Of a DNA stretch of 34,874 bases, positions 28,086 to 34,874 are shown piece after piece. A program made the position numbers and the translations under genes. Numbering within the stretch: the first letter of the stretch is position 1; every line of letters starts with the position of its first letter. This stretch comes from an uncultured Isosphaeraceae bacterium (lineage in GTDB: Bacteria > Planctomycetota > Phycisphaerae > Phycisphaerales > SM1A02): NCBI GenBank assembly GCA_964477675.1, contig CAYZEX010000002.1, positions 1-34,874 on the forward strand, in the 5' to 3' direction. The notes beneath the pieces were generated by a model. That model saw only the letters and a list, made by a program, of their open reading frames with translations, did no database searches and was not told the DNA's origin.

Positions 28086-28916
28086 TCAGGTTATCTCTGG
28101 TGGTTTTATTTTAGCAGGTTCTAAGCCCTGCATATTTTGGTGGTCTGGTAGCAAAACACCACCACTTACTGCGAATCGGATTGCCTCCTCGACAGTTAAT
28201 GGCAAGTCGATAGTATCTTTTTTTGGCACGGTGATGGTATACCCTGTAAATGGGGTGGGGGAACTAGGAATGAAAATAGTAATCGAATCGGGAACTTTTG
28301 CTTCGATTGCTTTTAGTGAATCCCCAGTCATAAAACCCACCGACCAGATTCCTTTACGAGGGTATTCAACCGCAACAACGCGGCTAAACTTTGGAGAATC
28401 GGAATCGCTAATTAAGAAATCAACAAGTTGTTTTACATACGGGTAAATTTTACGGATAACTGGGACAGCAACCATTAATTTTTCAATGCGTTTATAGATT
28501 GATCGACCGAGAAATCCGCCAACAAGTCGACCAGAAATATATACGATAATTGCAGCTACCAGAAGTCCTAGTAAGTTCATCCACGGATGTTCTGCCCACC
28601 AAGAATTAACTGACTCAGCGAAAATGATATTAGACAATTCCTGCATAGCATCGACATCAGTCGTCGAAATATTCTGCTCCATGGCTCTGGCATCTAGTAA
28701 CTCTGCGTTAGGTGCAATTGCGAGTGAGTTTGCAAGGTCAGGAAAGTGCTTTGGAATTTGAATAAAGGCAGTTCGAATTCCTGTGTTTATGGGTTCAGCA
28801 ATTGCGGAATCTACAAATTGGTATGCTTTAACAAGGAGCCAGAGCGTAAGAACTGACGGAAGTAACACAGCAAGTCCACGAAGAAATGGTCGTGATTTTT
28901 TTTTAGCTTCACTCAT
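28086..28916 (-). CDS. DUF502-family membrane protein
   Basis: Two TM helices flank a soluble insert. The C-terminal part (VAVEYPRKGIWSVGFMTG...IPSSPTPFTGYTITVPKKD) matches my recollection of the DUF502 signature (P.P..G). Confidence 0.6.
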   Translation of the reverse strand: MSEAKKKSRPFLRGLAVLLPSVLTLWLLVKAYQFVDSAIAEPINTGIRTAFIQIPKHFPDLANSLAIAPNAELLDARAMEQNISTTDVDAMQELSNIIFAESVNSWWAEHPWMNLLGLLVAAIIVYISGRLVGGFLGRSIYKRIEKLMVAVPVIRKIYPYVKQLVDFLISDSDSPKFSRVVAVEYPRKGIWSVGFMTGDSLKAIEAKVPDSITIFIPSSPTPFTGYTITVPKKDTIDLPLTVEEAIRFAVSGGVLLPDHQNMQGLEPAKIKPPEIT

Positions 28917-28928
28917 GGTTAATGTTCA

Positions 28929-29513
28929 TCATACCTTTTGTTGCTTAGTGACCATCTGGATTGCTGCAGGATATGCTTCACATTCAAGTCTAAATACCTT
29001 ATCAGCAATTGTTTGTGGTGTGTCGCTATCTAGAACAGGGCATCTGCGTTGAAGAATGGTTGTTCCATGGTCGTATTCATCATCAACATAATGCACCGTA
29101 CATCCGGTTTCAGATTCTTGGTGATCTATGACTGCCTCGTGTACCAGCATGCCATACATTCCCTTACCGCCATACTTGGGAAGTAGTGCGGGATGGATAT
29201 TCAGGACCTTGTTGTGCATCCAAGGGTCCAAAGGTAATAATCGTAAATACCCACAGAGTAGGATTAAATCGGGCTTGCTTTCATTGAGCCACTCTTTCAC
29301 CTGCGCATCGCCTCTTGTTGGGGGCTCACCGTTATTCCTTGCAACGAGAACATCAAGGCCTCGTTCTTTTAGTCGGTTAATTCCAGATATATTTGGTTTC
29401 GAGGCAATGGCTTGAATGATAGTTACATCTAACTCTTCCCTTTTTATGTAATCGAGAAGATTAAGTACTGTTCTTCCGCCGCCACTAAATAGGACTGCAA
29501 TATTTGTGGTCAT
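28929..29513 (-). CDS. purN: Phosphoribosylglycinamide formyltransferase
   Basis: Has VLFSGGGRT, LNIHPALLPKYGG and GCTVHYVDDEYDHGTTI motifs. Length is 194 aa. Confidence 0.9.
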   Translation of the reverse strand: MTTNIAVLFSGGGRTVLNLLDYIKREELDVTIIQAIASKPNISGINRLKERGLDVLVARNNGEPPTRGDAQVKEWLNESKPDLILLCGYLRLLPLDPWMHNKVLNIHPALLPKYGGKGMYGMLVHEAVIDHQESETGCTVHYVDDEYDHGTTILQRRCPVLDSDTPQTIADKVFRLECEAYPAAIQMVTKQQKV

Positions 29514-29905
29514 GGGTTACCCTTTATGGAAACTGTTGGGGGCGAGTTGAATGGTATTGCGTTTCCATTGGAATCAACGCTCACCATCGTACTTTTCGCG
29601 TTTGTTACGATGACTCGTTCACCGGAGTCGTATCGTTCTGCTTCAACGGTGATTTCTATTTCAACGGACTTGCATCCAGTCTTTATTGTTTTGGTGTTAA
29701 ATCTGACAACATCACCGACAAAGACTGGCTTTTCAAAATCAACTCTATCGACCGAAGCAGTAACCCATCGATGTACCCCATGTCGACGTGCTTCTACGAA
29801 GCAGGCTTGATCGATATAAGACAATATGATGCCCCCAAAAATCGTACCGTAGATATTTGCGTCTCGGGGCATCATTAGAACGCTAAGGGCTGTAGTTGCA
29901 TTCAT
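29510..29905 (-). CDS. Acyl-CoA thioesterase (hotdog fold, YciA-like)
   Basis: 131 aa. MMPRDANIYGTIFGGIILSYIDQA is the typical hotdog thioesterase N-terminal motif. The stop overlaps the purN start (ATGA). Confidence 0.75.
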   Translation of the reverse strand: MNATTALSVLMMPRDANIYGTIFGGIILSYIDQACFVEARRHGVHRWVTASVDRVDFEKPVFVGDVVRFNTKTIKTGCKSVEIEITVEAERYDSGERVIVTNAKSTMVSVDSNGNAIPFNSPPTVSIKGNP

Positions 29906-29912
29906 CTGCGTA

Positions 29913-30875
29913 TCATCCTCCTTCTTTCAATAACCCGCAAGCGAAGATGGTCCACCATCTTCGTCTAGACTCACGATTCTTGAGTAGAGCAAATGGGATT
30001 TGGTCTGTAATTGTTGGCCAGAACGCATCCGCGATGAGAATAGCATGTTCAGGGTGAACCCATTTGCCGTTCATTGCCGTCTCAACCAAAATTGGGGTGA
30101 ATCTCTGATAATCAACAATCATTGCTGCGAGTGCGATGTCGGGGTTTATTGTCCCGTCTGGATGGTGCAAGGTTCTCCATGCGAGTTCAAAATTCTTCTC
30201 ATTGATGATTGTATGTAGTGTTGTTATCAATTCATTTTGTAAGGAGACCTTCGGCAGAGGAAGATTTCTTATTGCGCTCAAGAGTAGGGCAGCTCTTTGT
30301 CGTTCAATGTCATATTCATGTTCCCAAATATGAATCAAAGGTTCTATTGGTGTTGTGGCACGCTTATGGATGGCAAGAACGCAGAGCATGACACTCCCAT
30401 CCCTATCTCGAACGGGTGAACCAATAACTTCAGAATAGAAAGATTCACTCTGTTTGGAATCATAAATTGCGAGTAATTTCAGGGCCCATGGTGAAATATT
30501 TGACGGGTTAATGGCAGGGGCAATAGTTTCCTGCCTTTCTCTTTTGTTATTCCACCAGAGCGCAGCATTGTAAAAATCAGGTTCAATTTCAGTTTGTTGT
30601 AATTCTTTAATTCTATTTTCTCTAAAAGCACTTTTGACAAGAAGATTTTGTGCTACTTTTGATGCATCAGAGTTATCACTTAAAAGGGGATTGAGTAATG
30701 TAACCAGTTTATCAAATGGATAACTGGAGATCGATTCGATTCCCTGTAGTTGATCGGTTACGGATGTAGAGGACAGTAAGTTGGTCTGATCTATACTATT
30801 TTGGTTTTGTGCAACGAATAAACCGGCAATGGCAGCGATAAAAATTGTTAGTGATATCGGCAATATACGTTTCAC
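29913..30875 (-). CDS. Hypothetical protein with N-terminal signal/anchor helix
   Basis: A 320-aa ORF filling the gap between flanking genes on the same strand. The N-terminus MKRILPISLTIFIAAIAGLFVAQNQ is hydrophobic. I recognise no family. Confidence 0.5.
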   Translation of the reverse strand: MKRILPISLTIFIAAIAGLFVAQNQNSIDQTNLLSSTSVTDQLQGIESISSYPFDKLVTLLNPLLSDNSDASKVAQNLLVKSAFRENRIKELQQTEIEPDFYNAALWWNNKRERQETIAPAINPSNISPWALKLLAIYDSKQSESFYSEVIGSPVRDRDGSVMLCVLAIHKRATTPIEPLIHIWEHEYDIERQRAALLLSAIRNLPLPKVSLQNELITTLHTIINEKNFELAWRTLHHPDGTINPDIALAAMIVDYQRFTPILVETAMNGKWVHPEHAILIADAFWPTITDQIPFALLKNRESRRRWWTIFACGLLKEGG

Positions 30876-30896
30876 GATTGCAGTGTACCGAAAAGT

Positions 30897-32924
30897 TTAT
30901 TTGGCTAGCACGAGTTTAAGAAGTTCTTGCGCCGCATCATGAGAGTAGCCATGAATACCCCAAGCTGTATGATCTAAAAGTGCATTGCGCAGGTCACAAT
31001 CGATAAAAATAACTGAGCCTTTCCCAATGGTTGTTTGTAGCGGGATAGGCAATGCTTCTCTATTGTGAATAGACCAACCCCTTCGCCCATTGATGTGGCT
31101 TAAGGTAGTATCGGGCTTCACCGCATTTCCAGTTTGTTTCGCGACTCGTTCACGAACTGATGCAGCAAAATGACCTCGTCCGCCAATAGATTCAACAAGA
31201 ATAGTAGCACCCTTGGAAGCGGTAATAATAATGTCATCGATGAGTTGTTGATCTATTTCAGACTCGTAAACGCCCCCAAGTAAAATGCAGGGGTTTCTCT
31301 TGACAGCGTTGAGGGGCATTGCCTTTGTTTTCCATCGTTCAAATGCTGCAAGTTCGGTATCCCAATTTCCTTTATGTTGAGCAACCACAATGTGTTTTTT
31401 AGATGGAATCGGAGGTTGAACATGTAATCTTGTACTCCAACAATTTAGTTCAGCAGCACCTAGACATAGATTTGTAAAAAACAGAGCGAGTTTAGAATTT
31501 TTACTTTGTACAACCTTTTTACCGTTTCCCTGAACGACAATAATGCGATCTCGTATTCCATCGTTCCAAATTGTAAGCCGTATATTTTTAGCAGCGTTCA
31601 GTAGACCATGCGACCAATGGTCACGCCGGTTCTCGATAGGTTCAATTGATGGGCACAGTGTGGAAGCAAACTCTTTGCATTGTCGCAACTCTTTGCCGGT
31701 TGCTAGCATGACGAGCAGTCCGCCTTTATCGAGATAGTTTTTTAGTTTCGTGTTGTCATCAGGAATTGCCTCTACATTCTGTACTAACATAAATGGTGCT
31801 GTCAACCATGTGAGTACACTTTCATCTATCGTTACGAGTTGCCAGGCAAGATTGCGTTCACTGGTAATTGAAAGGCGTTGTGTAATAATATCTGCAACTC
31901 TATGAGGATCAACCTTTGCTTTGCGAACAACAAGTTCACAAAAAGCAATTGGGGAATGCCCACGAGTTAAAAAAAGAAGAGCGAAGGACAAGTTTACAAC
32001 ACTACCCTTTGCTTTTCGTACTCCACAATGTGCGTCTATAATGGCAAGTGCACCATCAGTAAACCAATCCCTGCGACGAACCTTTGATAAGCCGCAAGAC
32101 ATTGCGGCTCGCTCTAGAGCGTATAGATAACTCATTAGGGCAGTTCCTCCAGAGTTTGTGCTTGTTGATGCGTGTTTGTCTAGCCAATTAATTCCACGGT
32201 TAATCGCAGATTGAAGGAGAAATTCATCTGATTGTTTTAATTCTCCTCCAAGCACTTCATCAACTCCAAGTAAGCAATTTAACCCAGCCACAGTCATGTT
32301 TGCAGTGGTCTCGCCACTGTTTGCCTTATGAGAGTAAGACCACCCACCATTTTTATGTTGTGAAGCAAGTGTAGCATTCGCCAAAGAGGTCCAACACTTT
32401 TTTGGAATACGTTCACCTCGTCTGTTTGCAGCGAGTAATGCAATGATTCCAAACTCTCTAGTTAGCGGGGAGGTTTCGGAGAATGAATTTGGTAATGTAC
32501 TATCGATTCCCCAACCGCCATATTCCAAACTCATTGTTTTAATCAGTCGTTTTGTGTCTTTTTCAAGTCGTGTATTGTATGAATCTGGAAGCTGTGCCCA
32601 GATTGAAGTGCGAAGGGTTAAAAGGTAAGAACTTGGTTCTTCGATTTCCCAAATGTAATCAATGGCTCTTTGTATTTTTGGAGAGTTTGATGATTTACCT
32701 GCTGATAACATTGCGAGGGTTGTTAGTGCAGTTGTTCCACCTCGATGTTTTGAAAGCCAACCGTTTGATGGGCTACTGGAATCCCAACAGCGCTCTTTGT
32801 GGTACTCTTCATCGAGTTTATCAACAATCTTTGCAATGGCGTTTGTGACATCATTGTCATTGAGTTTTGGCGCACCTATCGCGCAAACGGCGGACAGAGC
32901 CGCTGAAACGAAAAAAATTGACAT
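30897..32924 (-). CDS. Exported protein: N-terminal prenyltransferase/terpene-cyclase-like alpha-alpha toroid repeats fused to DUF4159-like C-terminal region
   Basis: Has a signal peptide (MSIFFVSAALSAVCAIGAP). GGW-type repeats (EYGGWGIDS, KNGGWSYSH) are typical of squalene-cyclase/prenyltransferase repeats. The C-terminal segments (APFMLVQN...LKNYLDKGGLLVML and ILLGGVYE...ASKGATILVES...GKGSVIFIDCD) resemble the DUF4159 pattern, from memory. Confidence 0.55.
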   Translation of the reverse strand: MSIFFVSAALSAVCAIGAPKLNDNDVTNAIAKIVDKLDEEYHKERCWDSSSPSNGWLSKHRGGTTALTTLAMLSAGKSSNSPKIQRAIDYIWEIEEPSSYLLTLRTSIWAQLPDSYNTRLEKDTKRLIKTMSLEYGGWGIDSTLPNSFSETSPLTREFGIIALLAANRRGERIPKKCWTSLANATLASQHKNGGWSYSHKANSGETTANMTVAGLNCLLGVDEVLGGELKQSDEFLLQSAINRGINWLDKHASTSTNSGGTALMSYLYALERAAMSCGLSKVRRRDWFTDGALAIIDAHCGVRKAKGSVVNLSFALLFLTRGHSPIAFCELVVRKAKVDPHRVADIITQRLSITSERNLAWQLVTIDESVLTWLTAPFMLVQNVEAIPDDNTKLKNYLDKGGLLVMLATGKELRQCKEFASTLCPSIEPIENRRDHWSHGLLNAAKNIRLTIWNDGIRDRIIVVQGNGKKVVQSKNSKLALFFTNLCLGAAELNCWSTRLHVQPPIPSKKHIVVAQHKGNWDTELAAFERWKTKAMPLNAVKRNPCILLGGVYESEIDQQLIDDIIITASKGATILVESIGGRGHFAASVRERVAKQTGNAVKPDTTLSHINGRRGWSIHNREALPIPLQTTIGKGSVIFIDCDLRNALLDHTAWGIHGYSHDAAQELLKLVLAK

Positions 32925-32937
32925 GTAAAATCCTTAT

Positions 32938-33942
32938 TTACTTGTTATATAAATACATGAGTTTAGGCATAGAGAATTCTTGCAGCATTGTTCTTAAATC
33001 AGAAGCGTTGATTTGATTTGTGCTAGCACCGAACATACCTCCAAAGAGTACATTTTTTCTACTAAGGTCAAGGACAGTAGGATCTTCGTCGATTATTCCA
33101 GCATGTTGTTTAGCAATGACGATTGCGTCATCGAGATATCCTATCCCATCAATTAAACCATTATTAAGTGCTTGTTGTGCAGTATATGCAGAGCCGTTAG
33201 CAACAGATTCTAATGTTTTGGAATCTGTAATGACATGCCCTCTACCTGTTTCTACGCGACTGTAAAAAACTGAATACATGGCGTTGAGAATACCGGTGAC
33301 TTTTTGTTTATCTTTGACCGTCCAGTTGCGGAAGACATCGTTAGCTACCGATTTTTCTGGTGAGTCTTTTGCAATTAAAGTGACAGGTTTTACACCAATC
33401 ATTTCCAGCAAATCTTGGAAAGTCATGATATTTGCGATTACGCCAATTGAGCCAGTGATGGTAGTTTCTTGTGCAATAATATGGTCGGCATTACACGAAA
33501 TGTAATAGCCCCCAGATGCTGCAATCCCGCCATAGCTCGCGATGAGTGGAATTTTTGCTTCTTTTATTTTTTGAATGGCATGCCAAATTTCATCGGAAGC
33601 CGTTACTCCACCACCAGGTGAATCTACTCTTAAAACTACGGCCTTGACATTTTTATCTTCAATTATTGTTCGCACTGCTTGTTTTGCATAATCAGCATTT
33701 GAGCCATCGATGACACCAGAAATGTTTAGTACAGCAATTGTTGATGATGTACCCTCTTGTGAGATTGAGGAATGCACAATACTGTCATCTGCTTGCGAAC
33801 TTGCTAATGCAGATATGCCGGCGATTATCCCAACGATGAAGACGATTAGAAAGATGAACATTGCCGAAAGGAAGGCAACGAACGTTCGAAAACCGCCATT
33901 TGTGGCGACTACTTTTATTGTGGCTGGTGAAGTATCTGTCAT
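32938..33942 (-). CDS. sppA: Signal peptide peptidase SppA (36K type, S49 family)
   Basis: Has an N-terminal TM helix, VLRVDSPGGGV, ASGGYYISC and TGSIGV (Ser nucleophile). I place the start at ATG 33942, preceded by AAGGAG (33956-33951), rather than at the GTG-33972 start in the ORF track. Confidence 0.85.
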   Translation of the reverse strand: MTDTSPATIKVVATNGGFRTFVAFLSAMFIFLIVFIVGIIAGISALASSQADDSIVHSSISQEGTSSTIAVLNISGVIDGSNADYAKQAVRTIIEDKNVKAVVLRVDSPGGGVTASDEIWHAIQKIKEAKIPLIASYGGIAASGGYYISCNADHIIAQETTITGSIGVIANIMTFQDLLEMIGVKPVTLIAKDSPEKSVANDVFRNWTVKDKQKVTGILNAMYSVFYSRVETGRGHVITDSKTLESVANGSAYTAQQALNNGLIDGIGYLDDAIVIAKQHAGIIDEDPTVLDLSRKNVLFGGMFGASTNQINASDLRTMLQEFSMPKLMYLYNK

Positions 33943-34003
33943 TTTTCTTTCTCCTTCTTTTAAACTCCGCACATTGTAGTGTGGTTTTTACGGGTTTTAT
34001 GAA

Positions 34004-34633
34004 TTACTGAGAAAGTTCTTGCTTATGAAGAATAATAGTGGCATCGTGCCCCTCCAAGTACGTTTGGGTGAACGATACGAGGGGGGTTTGGGTAAACGCA
34101 AACGATAACATTTCAAGCGTATCAAAGCGAGAAGCTGGATAAAGATCTTCAGAGGAGGGGTCACGCCAAGATTGATTAGAGAGAAAGTTAAAGGCAACAC
34201 CCAGAGAACAATCATCGAATGCTTGACGAATAAGTCCCATTGCATCTTGTTGTGTCATTGCGTTTAGGGAACCAGAAAAAACGCACCAATCAGTTTTCTC
34301 AAAGACATCCATATTGTCAAGTACGTCCATGGTTTCAAATGTACATTTTTCTAATGAAAGTTCTTTCGCGGTATTAATCATCGCTTCCATTGCATCAACT
34401 CCAAGGAATGCCTTAAAGTCAACGGAGGATTTGACGAGGTACGAGGCGAAGTCCCCGATTCCACACCCTACATCAACAATAGAAGTATCGGCGAAATCGA
34501 TGTACTTGGTGAACGTTTTGAAGCGGGCAACTTGCCCACGCTTAGAACGCCACAATGTTGCATCAAATGTTCCCCCATGTATGTCCACAGCTTCCTGATA
34601 TGGTTTGAGATATTTAGGCGTATGTTTAGACAC
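34004..34633 (-). CDS. Class I SAM-dependent methyltransferase
   Basis: SAM-binding motif I is IVDVGCGIGDF. Length is 209 aa. The start is GTG, 8 nt after the upstream stop. The substrate is unknown. Confidence 0.65.
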   Translation of the reverse strand: MSKHTPKYLKPYQEAVDIHGGTFDATLWRSKRGQVARFKTFTKYIDFADTSIVDVGCGIGDFASYLVKSSVDFKAFLGVDAMEAMINTAKELSLEKCTFETMDVLDNMDVFEKTDWCVFSGSLNAMTQQDAMGLIRQAFDDCSLGVAFNFLSNQSWRDPSSEDLYPASRFDTLEMLSFAFTQTPLVSFTQTYLEGHDATIILHKQELSQ

Positions 34634-34641
34634 TTGGTATC

Positions 34642-34874
34642 CTAATGCCGCTGGCGTTGCAAACGTGTTTGCATTGGCATCAATAACTGAGAGATAGCAT
34701 CAAAAAATCGATCAGTTAATCGTTCGTAATTCTCAAATTGGGTCTTTGTTTCTTCTCTAATCTTATCGCCATCAATACCTACGGACGCCATTTCAGTAGC
34801 GCCATCATTTATCCAAGATTCAATTATTTCTGGAGTACATTCAGGGTGAAATTGAACCGCGTATGTGTTCACCC
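34642..34874 (-). CDS. Class I glutamine amidotransferase-like protein, C-terminal part (gene runs off the right edge)
   Basis: The translation begins mid-protein with VNTYAVQFHPE, the His-Glu of the GATase1 triad. The open frame continues to the window end. Confidence 0.6.
   Translation of the reverse strand, partial: VNTYAVQFHPECTPEIIESWINDGATEMASVGIDGDKIREETKTQFENYERLTDRFFDAISQLLMPMQTRLQRQRH

Noticed and set aside
33943-33972. GTG start extending sppA by 10 codons
   Set aside because: The extension itself contains the AAGGAG that sits 8 nt upstream of the ATG at 33942. That is better explained as the ribosome-binding site of the shorter ORF.
1-34874. Mobile elements, CRISPR arrays, defence systems, toxin-antitoxin pairs, tRNA/rRNA genes
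   Set aside because: Coding density leaves no unexplained space apart from 18483-18813. There are no transposase, integrase, Cas or nuclease-helicase-like translations, no spaced direct-repeat arrays, no T-arm/anticodon-arm structures in the gaps, and no obvious compositional break by eye.

Overview
This is a gene-dense window (about 33 CDS, very short intergenic gaps, many 4-nt stop/start overlaps) that reads as ordinary core chromosome, not an accessory island. I found no rRNA, tRNA, CRISPR array, transposase/integrase, phage gene or recognisable defence gene. The gene content includes a fused GldF/GldG-like ABC permease with a DUF4340-like partner, an exported toroid-repeat/DUF4159-like protein, a stand-alone EF-G with mitochondrial-like sequence features, and an hpf-ptsN-ptsH cluster. 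By inference only, this suggests a PVC/Planctomycetota-like bacterium of moderate-to-low GC. Recognisable genes are gcvH (partial), cmk, plsC, a TauE-type permease, a Kef-type antiporter, putA, prmC, ribD, fusA, an RNase HII-like gene, mnmA, ggt, fbaB, a P1B-type ATPase, gpsA, ptsH, ptsN, hpf, purN, a hotdog thioesterase, sppA, a SAM methyltransferase and a partial class I glutamine amidotransferase. I do not see a convincing new multi-gene system of the defence or mobile-element kind. The under-explained parts are:
- A translationally coupled ABC ATPase / fused permease-GldG-like / DUF4340-like module, divergent from an output-less GAF-REC regulator.
- A P1B-type ATPase with a non-canonical CPG transmembrane motif, no N-terminal metal-binding domain, and a 3 x 9-bp tandem repeat in its leader.
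- The only long non-coding gap (about 330 bp upstream of fusA), with a near-consensus promoter and a GGA-rich leader carrying mutually exclusive helices.
- An exported toroid-repeat/DUF4159-like protein plus an unknown 320-aa membrane-anchored protein next to sppA.
All functional calls come from motif-level reading of the translations, with no database search.
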